A DNA stretch of 31,424 nt. Origin: a virus. Its lineage: Duplodnaviria; Caudoviricetes. This document shows positions 1-8,712 of this stretch, one piece after another. The stretch is taken from the IMG/VR virus record IMGVR_UViG_3300033109_000111, positions 1 to 31,424 of that record; one strand, 5' to 3'. Made by a program: the position numbers and the translations under genes. Within the stretch, counting starts at the first letter, position 1, and each line of letters starts with the position of its first letter. The notes under the pieces were generated by a model that worked only from the letters and a program-made list of their open reading frames with translations, was not told the origin of the DNA and did not search any database.

Positions 1-207
1 TTATGCGGCTTGGCAGGCAGTCTGCCCGGCGCTGCCGCTGTGCGCAGCGGGTGGCATGCTCGACAGATAGATTTCTTCCAGCCAGCGCGCTGCATCGGCC
101 AGCGTCTGAAACGGCCCGGCGTGAAATTGCGCATTCATCCAGATTTCGTAATAGCTGTCGAAACCGTTCTTCTTGTATTTGATGGTGTAATCCTGAGTGT
201 GTGCCAT
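1..207 (-). CDS. Small hypothetical protein (68 aa)
   Basis: ATG-started ORF with protein-like composition (YTIKYKKNGFDSYYEIW); stop codon at the window edge; no family recognised. Confidence 0.5.
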   Translation of the reverse strand: MAHTQDYTIKYKKNGFDSYYEIWMNAQFHAGPFQTLADAARWLEEIYLSSMPPAAHSGSAGQTACQAA

Positions 208-330
208 AAGCGCAGACGCATGAAAATTTTGTGTCTGAAATCTAGCAAAATATTTCCCCTATGCCATCTGCCGGATGGGATAGGGGAGCGGATTAGGGGG
301 GGCCGTGCTATGTGCCAGCTGCTTTGCGCT

Positions 331-1830
331 TCATGCGCCTGATTTGGGCTGATCGGCCGGTTTCGGCTCGGGTTTCTTTGCTCCGGTTTTGGCTGGTTTC
401 TTCCCGCTTGCATGTGGGGTGTCAGCGGGGTTGAGCTGCTTTTTGCAGTAGGCTTTGAAATCGCTGCTTTCTTCGCTGTCGTCTTTCAGTGCGTCGGCGC
501 AGCGGGTGATGAGGTCGGTTTTCGTTTTTTCCAGTGCAAGCTTCGAGGTGTCGCTTTGGGCGCGTATTTTTTCGATTTCGTACTTGCGTGCGGCTTGCTC
601 GCGCATGATTTCATACATTTCTTTCATTCCGCCATTCGCGCAATAGTAGCTTAGCGTCTGGTTTGCATTGTTCATTTCGTTGCTGATTTCATTCAGGGCA
701 GACTTTGCAGCTTCCGGGGTGTTTGAGTCGGTGAGTTTTTCCGAAATGAATGCTTTGACTTGTGTGCGGTCACTATCCGAGTCTTTGATTTTCTGACGGA
801 GCGCGTTGAATAACTGTGCTGTCTTTTCTCTGGCACCTTGATCCCCGGCATCGGCTTTGCTGGCTTCTACCAGTTTGCGGTCGATAGTTTTTTCGAGATC
901 GTATGAGTCTTCTCTCATGACGGTGAGGCAGGTGTCGATGACGGTACTGGTGTCGGGGGTGTTCAGGTAGTTGTCCTGAATGTCTTCGATGACTTCCGGA
1001 TTGACCTTGAATTCGACATTGTTTCCACCGCCGGCCAGTGCTTGCGCACCGGCGCTGAGGGCGGTGCTGGCGTTCAGTACCGAGGTGGTAACGAGATTTT
1101 TGTTGGCGGTGTCGAGGTCTTTCAGGGCGTTTTTGAGTTTATCTTGCAGTTCGGCTTTTTTGCCGTCTTCCGTGTTGTTTTTAAGATCGTCTGCGGCTTT
1201 GGAGACTGCGTCGGCTGCTTTGTCGGCCTGTTCTTTGGCGGCTTTAACGGCCGCGGCGTCACCCGTTCGGCTGGCTGAGGCGCTGCCGCTCAGTGCTTTG
1301 GTGGTGTCGGCCAGTGCGCCTGCTGCTGCTTCGCTGGCGAGCAGCGTGACCATTTTTTTGTCGAGACGGCTCAGGCGGATGGTGTAGGTGGCACCGGATA
1401 TGGCGCCGTTGGCATAGGAGCGGCAGAGATCGGAGAGTTCGTCGCGCAGCAGTTGAATGGTGGCGATGCGTTTGCCCAGTTGCAAAATACTTTCCGCAAA
1501 GCTGGTGTTGATGCCTGCGTTGGCATCGGTTTTGCCGTTATTGTATTTGGCTGCAGCATCGAAGGCATATTGCATGGCGTTGGCAACATCGGGGCTGGGT
1601 TCGGGGCAAACCAGCATCTTTGGGTTGACGCGACGATTCTTCTGGTCGTAGCTGTCGCCGATGTTGATGTAGTTGACGAGGCGAACCTTGGCGTCGGTGC
1701 CGACGTAGTCAACCGGGGCGGTGGGCTGTATATAGCCCTGCGGAACGTGTCCCTGACGCTGATATGGCCCGGCGCATCCAGCCATGACTGCTGCCGCGGT
1801 AAATAGGAGTAGTGTACGGATGGTCTGCAT
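331..1830 (-). CDS. Putative lipoprotein with Ala/Lys-rich coiled-coil region, function unknown
   Basis: 499-aa ORF; signal peptide with lipobox MAG-C (C19); GGGGAGG RBS upstream on the minus strand; divergent from the phage module. Confidence 0.75.
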   Translation of the reverse strand: MQTIRTLLLFTAAAVMAGCAGPYQRQGHVPQGYIQPTAPVDYVGTDAKVRLVNYINIGDSYDQKNRRVNPKMLVCPEPSPDVANAMQYAFDAAAKYNNGKTDANAGINTSFAESILQLGKRIATIQLLRDELSDLCRSYANGAISGATYTIRLSRLDKKMVTLLASEAAAGALADTTKALSGSASASRTGDAAAVKAAKEQADKAADAVSKAADDLKNNTEDGKKAELQDKLKNALKDLDTANKNLVTTSVLNASTALSAGAQALAGGGNNVEFKVNPEVIEDIQDNYLNTPDTSTVIDTCLTVMREDSYDLEKTIDRKLVEASKADAGDQGAREKTAQLFNALRQKIKDSDSDRTQVKAFISEKLTDSNTPEAAKSALNEISNEMNNANQTLSYYCANGGMKEMYEIMREQAARKYEIEKIRAQSDTSKLALEKTKTDLITRCADALKDDSEESSDFKAYCKKQLNPADTPHASGKKPAKTGAKKPEPKPADQPKSGA

Positions 1831-1984
1831 GTTCGCCTCCCCAAGCGATAGGTTCCGATCGTCGGCGGGTGTGTTTGCTTATTTATCCCGCTAGTTGCGC
1901 AATCAAACCATATTTCTGTTCGTCTGCAACCTGATAAGGTTGTTAGGTATTTTTCGAAAATATAAAAAATATAGCGAATAACTA

Positions 1985-2012
1985 TTGACTCTCCGCAAAA
2001 AAGGCGGATAAT
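1985..2012 (+). promoter_or_regulatory. Putative sigma70 late-operon promoter
   Basis: TTGACT (1985-1990), 16-nt spacer, GATAAT (2007-2012); AT-rich upstream tract; inverted repeat TCCGC-N7-GCGGA (1992-2008) in the spacer. Confidence 0.55.
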
Positions 2013-2044
2013 AGGCGTCAGTTTAGTAGTAGTAAAAATCCGTC

Positions 2045-2083
2045 GAGAGCCCGGCCTGCGTCAGCAGCCGGGCTTTTCGTTTT
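2045..2083 (+). terminator. Intrinsic terminator-like hairpin in the leader
   Basis: GAGAGCCCGGC(C)TGC-GTCA-GCAGCCGGGCTTTTC followed by GTTTT. Confidence 0.6.
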
Positions 2084-2143
2084 GGGGCCGGGTGCAGTTG
2101 CAGCCGGTTTTGCTTTGTTCTCTCCACCGGGCGTTCGTCCGGT

Positions 2144-2186
2144 CCCGGCGCGCGCGTGTCCTCACGCATTGCCGGGCTTTTGTTTT
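2144..2186 (+). terminator. Second terminator-like hairpin just before terS
   Basis: CCCGGC...GCGTG-TCCT-CACGC...GCCGGG followed by CTTTTGTTTT. Confidence 0.5.
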
Positions 2187-2196
2187 CTTCCTGCCT

Positions 2197-2664
2197 ATGC
2201 CAAGTCCGACGCCGAAACAGCAGCGCTTTGCCGACGAATATCTGATTGATCTCAACGCGACTCAAGCGGCGATTCGGGCAGGCTACAGCAGGAAGACGGC
2301 AAAGGCGCAGGGGTCGCGCTTGCTGACGCATCCTGCGGTAAAGGGAATGATCGACGAGCGGATGGCGGCGCGCGCGGCGCGTACGCGTATTACTCAGGAT
2401 TATGTGATCGAGGCGATCCGCGATACGGTGGAACGGTGCCGTCAGGCGGAGCCGGTGGTGGATCGCAGCGGAAAGGAAACGGGCGAGTACCGTTTCGATC
2501 CGGCGAATGTGCTGAAAGGCTGCGATTTGCTGGGCAAGCATCTGGGGATGTTTAAGGGCGTGCCGGAGGAGCCGGAAGCGCCGCCGCCTCCGCCGGTGCA
2601 GCCGGGCAATATGCCGGTCGAGGCGTTCCGCGAGTTGGTGCGGGTGCTGATGAAAGAGGTGTAG
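2197..2664 (+). CDS. terS: Terminase small subunit (Terminase_2-like)
   Basis: MPSPTPKQQRFADEYLIDLNATQAAIRAGYS motif typical of SPP1/PBSX-type TerS; start moved to ATG 2197; directly precedes terL. Confidence 0.9.
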   Translation: MPSPTPKQQRFADEYLIDLNATQAAIRAGYSRKTAKAQGSRLLTHPAVKGMIDERMAARAARTRITQDYVIEAIRDTVERCRQAEPVVDRSGKETGEYRFDPANVLKGCDLLGKHLGMFKGVPEEPEAPPPPPVQPGNMPVEAFRELVRVLMKEV

Positions 2665-2666
2665 CG

Positions 2667-4094
2667 ATGCGTGCGTTCAGCCCGGAAGAGCGTTTTGCGG
2701 CAGCCGAGGCGGCGCGGGCGGATTTGTATTTTTTTGCGCGCTGGATGTTTATGCAGCGTAAAGGTTTCCGCTGGATACGCGGGCCGCACCATCAGGCGAT
2801 TTGCGATGCGCTGATGCGGGTGTTCAACGGCGAGTGCAAGCGGCTGATTATCAATGTGCCGCCGCGTTATTCGAAGACCGAGCTGGCGGTGGTGAATTTT
2901 ATCGCCTGGGCGCTGGGGCATGTGCCGGATGCCGAGTTTATCTACACCAGTTATTCGGGGCGGCTGGCGGCGAACAATGCCTGGCATGCGCGCGAGCTGG
3001 TGCAGCATGCGGTGTACCGCGAGGTGTTTCCCGAATGCGCGCTGCGTATGGATAGCCATGCCCGCGACGAGTGGCGCACGCGGGCGGGCGGCGTGGTGTA
3101 TGCGGTGGGCGCGGGCGGGACGATTACCGGCTACGGTGCGGGTAAGCACCGCAGCGGTTTCGGCGGGGCGATTGTGATCGACGATCCGCACAAGGCCGAC
3201 GAGGCGCGCTCGGAGGTCATCCGCGAAGGGGTGATCGAGTGGTTCCAGAATACGCTGGAGAGCCGCAAAAATGCACCGCACACGCCGATCATTCTGATTA
3301 TGCAGCGGCTGCACGAACGCGATCTGGCGGGCTGGTTGCTGGCCGGCGGCAACGGCGAGGAATGGGAGCATGTCTGTCTGCCTGCGCTGCAAGACGATGG
3401 TTCGGCGCTGTGGCCGGAAAAGCACAGTGCGGAAGAGTTGTCGCGCATGCAGGCCGCTGCGCCGTACACCTTCGCCGGGCAATACCAGCAGCGTCCCTCG
3501 CCGCCGGAAGGCAATCTGTTCCGACCCGACCGCATGGAAATCGTCGAGGCGATTCCCGCCGGGACGCGCTTTGTGCGCGGCTGGGATTTGGCCGCCACGC
3601 AGGACGGCGGCGATTACACAGTGGGCGGCAAGCTGGGGTTGATGCCGGACGGCCGCTGGATTGTGGCCGATATGGTGCGCTTGCGCGGCGGGCCGGAAGC
3701 GGTGGAAGCGGCGATCCGCCACGCCGCGGCGCGCGACGGTACGGCAACGCGGATACGCATTCCGCAAGACCCCGGTCAGGCAGGCAAGGCGCAGGCGGCA
3801 TGGCTGGCGCGGCAGTTGGCCGGCTATGCGCTGCGCGCCGCGCCGGTGAGCGGCGATAAGGTGACGCGTGCCGAGCCGCTGGCGGCGCAGGTGAATACCG
3901 GCAATGTGGTGTTGCTGCGCGCGCCGTGGAACGACGCGCTGGTGGCCGAGTTGCGCGTGTTTCCCAACGGGGCGAACGACGATCAGGTGGACGCATTGTC
4001 CGATGCGTTCGCGGAATTGAATAGCAATAGCTTCGGGCTGCTGGATTTTATCCGTCAGCAGACCGGGCAGGATGACATAAAGGCAGACCGATGA
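2667..4094 (+). CDS. terL: Terminase large subunit
   Basis: Walker A IINVPPRYSKT, Walker B IVIDDP, IMQR coupling motif, nuclease motifs GWDLA and DDQVDA. Confidence 0.95.
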   Translation: MRAFSPEERFAAAEAARADLYFFARWMFMQRKGFRWIRGPHHQAICDALMRVFNGECKRLIINVPPRYSKTELAVVNFIAWALGHVPDAEFIYTSYSGRLAANNAWHARELVQHAVYREVFPECALRMDSHARDEWRTRAGGVVYAVGAGGTITGYGAGKHRSGFGGAIVIDDPHKADEARSEVIREGVIEWFQNTLESRKNAPHTPIILIMQRLHERDLAGWLLAGGNGEEWEHVCLPALQDDGSALWPEKHSAEELSRMQAAAPYTFAGQYQQRPSPPEGNLFRPDRMEIVEAIPAGTRFVRGWDLAATQDGGDYTVGGKLGLMPDGRWIVADMVRLRGGPEAVEAAIRHAAARDGTATRIRIPQDPGQAGKAQAAWLARQLAGYALRAAPVSGDKVTRAEPLAAQVNTGNVVLLRAPWNDALVAELRVFPNGANDDQVDALSDAFAELNSNSFGLLDFIRQQTGQDDIKADR

Positions 4095-5401
4095 CCCAAG
4101 GAACCAAAACCCCGATTGAGCCGAGCACGGTTGCACGGCTGACCGCCGGGTTGCGCTATGCGCTGACCGGTAAATACCCCGAGTGGATGTCGCCGCTTTC
4201 GCCGCTGGAGCCGGTGACTACGCCGGACGAGCAGGAAGGCATTCGCGGCCGGGCGTTCGATTTTCCGGTCGGCTTCAATACGCGGGTCACGCCGCGGCAG
4301 GGCGAGCCGGTGGGGTTCGACGAGATGCGCGCGCTGGCCGACGGCTACGATTTGCTGCGTCTGGTGATCGAGTCGCGCAAGGATCAGTTGGCGAAATTGT
4401 CGTGGACGGTGCAACCGCGCGACAAGACGAAAAGGCCGGATGCGAAATGCCGCGAAGTGCAGGAATTCCTGCTGTTCCCCGACCGCGAGAACAACTGGCA
4501 CGACTGGCTGCGCATGCTGGTGGAAGACATGCTGGTGATCGACGCGGCGACGATTTATCCGCGACTGACGCGCGGCGGCAAGCCGTATGCCTTCGAGCTG
4601 GTGGACGGCGCGACCATTACCCGCAAGGTGGATATCACCGGGCGCACGCCGCTGCCGCCGGAAACCGCTTACCAGCAAGTGCTGAAGGGCGTGCCGGCAG
4701 TGAATTACAGCATGGACGAATTGATCTACGCCCCGCGCAATAAGCGCACGCATAAGGTGTACGGCTACTCGCCGGTCGAGCAGGTGATTATGACGGTGAA
4801 CATCGCCCTGCGCCGCCAGATGCACCAGTTGCAGTACTACTCCGAAGGCAGCACGCCGGATTTGATTTTTCAGGTGCCGGAAAGCTGGAACCCCGATCAG
4901 ATCCGCCAGTTTCAGGTGTGGTGGAACGGCATGCTGGCGGGCAACACCGGCGCGCGGCGCGGCACGATGTTCGTACCGAACGGCGTCTCGCCCATCGACA
5001 CCAAAGCGCAGATTCTCAAAGACGATTACGACGAATGGCTGGCGCGGGTGATCTGCTATGCGTTCAGCATCAGCCCGCAATCGTTCGTGAAGGAAATGAA
5101 CCGCGCCACCGCCGAAACCGCGCTGCAACAAGCACTGGCGGAAGGCTTGCAGCCGGTGATGAACTGGATCAAGGGCGTGGCCGACAGCCTGATCTGGAAA
5201 TGCTTCGGCTACACCGACCTCGAATTCGTCTGGTCGCAAGAGCGTCCGCTCGACCCGCGCGTGCAGGCCGAAATCGACAAACTCTACATCGAAGCCGGGG
5301 TGCTGCATCCCGACGAAGTGCGCCAAACGCTGGGCCGCGAGCCGTTGCAGCAGGCGGACGATGCGGACGTGCCGTCCGCCAACCCCATCAAGGAGAAGTA
5401 A
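4091..5401 (+). CDS. Phage portal protein
   Basis: 436 aa after terL with ATGA overlap; portal-like segments (EDMLVIDA, YGYSPVE, ICYAFSISP, PDEVRQTLGREPL). Confidence 0.9.
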   Translation: MTQGTKTPIEPSTVARLTAGLRYALTGKYPEWMSPLSPLEPVTTPDEQEGIRGRAFDFPVGFNTRVTPRQGEPVGFDEMRALADGYDLLRLVIESRKDQLAKLSWTVQPRDKTKRPDAKCREVQEFLLFPDRENNWHDWLRMLVEDMLVIDAATIYPRLTRGGKPYAFELVDGATITRKVDITGRTPLPPETAYQQVLKGVPAVNYSMDELIYAPRNKRTHKVYGYSPVEQVIMTVNIALRRQMHQLQYYSEGSTPDLIFQVPESWNPDQIRQFQVWWNGMLAGNTGARRGTMFVPNGVSPIDTKAQILKDDYDEWLARVICYAFSISPQSFVKEMNRATAETALQQALAEGLQPVMNWIKGVADSLIWKCFGYTDLEFVWSQERPLDPRVQAEIDKLYIEAGVLHPDEVRQTLGREPLQQADDADVPSANPIKEK

Positions 5402-5403
5402 GC

Positions 5404-6663
5404 ATGAGTGAGATTCGCAAGTTTTTCGACATCGCCAAGGTCGATGAAGAGCAGCGCATGGTGTACGGCTATGCCAGCACCGAGGCGCTGGATAGTCAGG
5501 GCGAGGTGATTAAGCGCGAGGCAGTGTCCGACGCGCTGGACGAGTATATGCAGTTCGCCAATATCCGCGAGATGCACCAGCCTTCCGCCGTGGGCGTGGC
5601 CAAGCAGGCGAAGATGGACGACAAGGGCTTGTACATCGCTGCGAAGGTGGTGGACGAGACCGCGTGGCAGAAGGTGAAAGAGGGCGTTTATAAGGGCTTC
5701 TCGATCGGCGGCACGGTGGTGCGCCGCGACCGGGTGAATAAGAACGTGGTAGTGGAGATGAAATTGAGCGAAATCAGTCTGGTGGATCGTCCGGCGAACC
5801 CGGAAGCGGTGTTCGAAGTGTTCAAGTCGCACGGTGCAGTGTCGGCCATCGATGCGCTGGCCGATTTGCTGAACAAAGGCTCGGTGTCGCCGGAGCGCCT
5901 GCTGGCGCTGGCGAAGCGTGCGCAAGGCAAGGAAGACGAGAAGCTGGAAGAGTGCGATGCGCCGGAAGAGGCCGCAGAAGACGAAGAGGCTCCGCGCAAG
6001 CCGAAGGCGAAAGACGCCGACAAAGGCAAAGAAAAGCCGCGCGCCGATCAGGAAGACGCGGGCGATGAAGAGGCAGAAGCCGCAGAAGGCGAAGAAGACG
6101 ACAAGGTAGAAGAGGCCGAAGGCATGCAGCCCGCCGCGCTGGACGACGAAGCGCGCGCCTCGCTGGCCGAATTCGCCCAAGCCATGCGCGACGGGCTGGC
6201 GCTGCTGCAAACGCTGGGGCTGAACCCCGACGAGGCCGACCAGGGCGCGGTGGATAGCGACGGCGATGCCGACGATGCCGAGGCGGAAGACGCCGACGCA
6301 CTGCCCGGCGCGGAAGACGACCCCGAGCGCAAGGAAGAAATGGAAGGCGGCAAAAAGGCTGCGCGCACCGGCTCACTGGCGAAACGCGGCCGGCTGGCTA
6401 AAGCCGCCGTGCTGGAACGCCGCCTGAGCAAAATGGTCGCCGAACGCAACGCCCTGCAAAAGCGCATCGCCGAACTCGAAGCCCAACCCATGCCGGGCAA
6501 AGCCCTGCTGAAAGCCGTCGCCATCGGCAAAAGCGCCGACCGCATCGAAGCGGAAAACGCCGCCGAACCGGTACGCAAAAACGACGGCAGCATCGACCAC
6601 GAAGCCACCGCACTGGAGCTGATTAAGAAAGCGCACCAGAGCGGCGGGGTACAGATCGGGTGA
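5404..6663 (+). CDS. Prohead protease (XkdF-like serine protease) with acidic/coiled-coil scaffold-like C-terminus
   Basis: ATG 5404 after AAGGAG; motifs VYGYAST, REMHQ, YKGFSIGG, EISLVDRPANP; C-terminal half very rich in Glu/Asp/Ala. Confidence 0.85.
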   Translation: MSEIRKFFDIAKVDEEQRMVYGYASTEALDSQGEVIKREAVSDALDEYMQFANIREMHQPSAVGVAKQAKMDDKGLYIAAKVVDETAWQKVKEGVYKGFSIGGTVVRRDRVNKNVVVEMKLSEISLVDRPANPEAVFEVFKSHGAVSAIDALADLLNKGSVSPERLLALAKRAQGKEDEKLEECDAPEEAAEDEEAPRKPKAKDADKGKEKPRADQEDAGDEEAEAAEGEEDDKVEEAEGMQPAALDDEARASLAEFAQAMRDGLALLQTLGLNPDEADQGAVDSDGDADDAEAEDADALPGAEDDPERKEEMEGGKKAARTGSLAKRGRLAKAAVLERRLSKMVAERNALQKRIAELEAQPMPGKALLKAVAIGKSADRIEAENAAEPVRKNDGSIDHEATALELIKKAHQSGGVQIG

Positions 6664-6689
6664 GTACGCCGTGCGTCACAGGGGGGGGG

Positions 6690-6718
6690 TTGTGAGGGAC
6701 GTAGAACGGTGGTATAAG
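6690..6718 (+). promoter_or_regulatory. Putative sigma70 promoter of the peptidase-cyclase cassette
   Basis: TTGTGA-N17-TATAAG with a TGn extended -10, 38 nt upstream of ATG 6757. Confidence 0.5.
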
Positions 6719-6756
6719 GCAATTTTCGTTGATCGTTTCCTTAGAGTGGGGCAGAG

Positions 6757-7311
6757 ATGAGTACAGTGGAGTACGAGAAGCCCAGTCCATGCGAGTTTTC
6801 CAGAGAGCAAATATATGAAATCTCTGAGCAAATTGCACGGGATGTAGCTCACTACAAGAGTGGGGAAGATATTGTTTCTGCTGTCAATCGGTTAGGTGGG
6901 GAAGTCGTCTACCAAGATTTCTGGGAGATGGAAGATACTGATTCTGGATCGATACAAGTTGAGCCTGATAATTCGTTCCGGATTTTTTTGCCCAATCATA
7001 CGAGCAAACAGCGAGATCGTTTTACGATAGCCCATGAGTTGGGTCATTTTGTGCTGCACTATATTTTGCCTCGTAGCAGGGAGCAGGGGCAGAATACTGC
7101 GATGGGGGACGGACTGAAAGCGACTCGCTTTGGTAGCGGTCAAGTAGAAATAGAGGCGAACTGGTTTGCAGCGGCATTTTTAATGCCAAGTGGTGAATTT
7201 CGTGCGAAATTTGAAGAGTTCGGCAAGGACTTGGATCTAACAGCAGATTTCTTTGATGTTTCTGTCGCTGCAGCGACAGTTCGGGCGAAGTCTTTAGGTT
7301 TGAAGAGTTAG
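6757..7311 (+). CDS. ImmA/IrrE family zinc metallo-endopeptidase (DUF955-like)
   Basis: RDRFTIAHELGH (HExxH, H93-H97) and EIEANWFAAAFLMP; AT-richer than neighbours. Confidence 0.9.
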   Translation: MSTVEYEKPSPCEFSREQIYEISEQIARDVAHYKSGEDIVSAVNRLGGEVVYQDFWEMEDTDSGSIQVEPDNSFRIFLPNHTSKQRDRFTIAHELGHFVLHYILPRSREQGQNTAMGDGLKATRFGSGQVEIEANWFAAAFLMPSGEFRAKFEEFGKDLDLTADFFDVSVAAATVRAKSLGLKS

Positions 7312-7319
7312 GGGGGATA

Positions 7320-8543
7320 GTGTCCTCGCTGCCTGCTGATCTTAAAGACCTCCCCGATTTCCTAAAGCCAAGGCTACGGATATTTCTTAGTGTTGATATT
7401 GTAAATTCAACCGCGTTTAAACAAGCTTCTCATTTATCTTCGGACAAGAAGAGTGAAGAAGATAGTGCCGGACCAGAATCCCCAGCCCAAGCTTGGTTTT
7501 CACCTATAGCTAGTTTCTATCGCGGTATGGAAAGGCGTTTGGCTGAAGAGTGGGATAAGCACTCTGCACAGGCTGGTGAAATTGGCTGTAGTGCAGGCGA
7601 ACAACCCATGCTGTGGAAAGCTTCTGGAGATGAAGTAATCTATGTCAAGGATCTTGATTCGACATTTCAAGCGTTAGTGGTTGTCTTGGTTTGGAAGGCT
7701 GCAGTGAATCTGCATCGAGTCGATTTGAAACGTGACTTCCCCTCGCTGGATTTAAAGGCTTCTGCTTGGTTGGCTGGATTTCCTGTTACGAATGCAGAGG
7801 TGATTTTGCAACGTAAACCGGAAGATGGTAGCACTGATCCGGATGAAGGTGATGCTTTACGGGCAAATTTGAGAAGGTTGTGCAAGTGGCATGATAATGA
7901 GGGCGGAAGGGACGCCAAATTTTTCCGCGATTTTATTGGGCCCTCTATGGATACAGGGTTTAGAGTCGCTACATTGGCGGCTCCACGCAAGTTTGCACTT
8001 TCTATTGATTTGGCATACGTTGTTGCATACGCCACCAAGTTGATACCGGAGCATAAAGACTGTCCACCTTTTAAATTCCCAACTTTTCAATATGATGGGC
8101 GAGTTTTGTTGAAGGGGATTTTGGGGGGCGCGCCATACCCATATTTCTGGGTCGACATGATGGAAGATGATCCGCTGCTTACGCAAGAGGATGGGCTGAC
8201 TGGACGTAAGAGGCTTCGATCGGATGAGGTAAGGGAATTTTGTAACAACTTATTTAAGTTGAACAAAGGGCAATTTCCCACCCCCTATATCGTAGGAGAC
8301 GTGGTTGAGGCTGCCTCTCCGTTTACAGAAATTCCGGATTCTCATTTAAAAAAGCTTAAGGGGTTTTTGAATAGCTATAGCAACCTAGATCGTGAAGCAC
8401 CATCTGTGTCAGATGAAACACAAGAGGTTAGTTCTTCGACTCATAGAAATAATGGTGCCTCTCGAGATGTTCAGAAAATTGAGGCATTCGTGAACTTTGT
8501 GAACATGCTCATCAAACCGCAACCTACTGGATCTGGTAAGTAG
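7320..8543 (+). CDS. Putative class III nucleotidyl (adenylate/guanylate-type) cyclase-fold protein
   Basis: Ordered motifs FLSVDIVNST (D26), WKASGDE (K100, D104), FIGPSMDTGFR (D211, R215), PRKFALS, GRVLLKG; GTG start 8 nt after the peptidase stop. Confidence 0.65.
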   Translation: MSSLPADLKDLPDFLKPRLRIFLSVDIVNSTAFKQASHLSSDKKSEEDSAGPESPAQAWFSPIASFYRGMERRLAEEWDKHSAQAGEIGCSAGEQPMLWKASGDEVIYVKDLDSTFQALVVVLVWKAAVNLHRVDLKRDFPSLDLKASAWLAGFPVTNAEVILQRKPEDGSTDPDEGDALRANLRRLCKWHDNEGGRDAKFFRDFIGPSMDTGFRVATLAAPRKFALSIDLAYVVAYATKLIPEHKDCPPFKFPTFQYDGRVLLKGILGGAPYPYFWVDMMEDDPLLTQEDGLTGRKRLRSDEVREFCNNLFKLNKGQFPTPYIVGDVVEAASPFTEIPDSHLKKLKGFLNSYSNLDREAPSVSDETQEVSSSTHRNNGASRDVQKIEAFVNFVNMLIKPQPTGSGK

Positions 8544-8557
8544 ATTTTCTGAAATAG

Positions 8558-8579
8558 AACCCGCTTCGGCGGGTTTTTT
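8558..8579 (+). terminator. Intrinsic terminator closing the peptidase-cyclase cassette
   Basis: AACCCGC-TTCG-GCGGGTT with a T6 run. Confidence 0.85.
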
Positions 8580-8670
8580 GTTGTCTGTCGTTTAGGGGCG
8601 CGGTGGCGCTCTGTTTTTTTCGATAACTTTTTTCCGGCGCGGCCATGTGGTTGCGCCGTTGTTTTTTAAC

Positions 8671-8694
8671 AGGCTCGCTTCGGCGGGCTTTTTT
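8671..8694 (+). terminator. Terminator-like hairpin directly before the capsid RBS
   Basis: AGGCTCGC-TTCG-GCGGGCTT, T6 run, then ATTTGAAGGAG. Confidence 0.7.
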
Positions 8695-8712
8695 ATTTGA
8701 AGGAGCTTGAGT

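Noticed and set aside
1991-2000. CTCCGCAAAA shared between the late promoter spacer and the three cassette promoters
   Set aside because: A single 10-mer in different positions relative to the -10 box; could be chance, so it is not called a shared operator.
4918-5403. N-terminal extensions in the ORF track (4918 for protease, 2092 for terS, 10112, 12044, 28949, 30576)
   Set aside because: They overlap upstream genes or terminators; downstream starts fit RBS position and/or family N-termini better.
6676-6695. Canonical CRP site
   Set aside because: Half-sites are in reverse order with 10-bp spacing instead of TGTGA-N6-TCACA.
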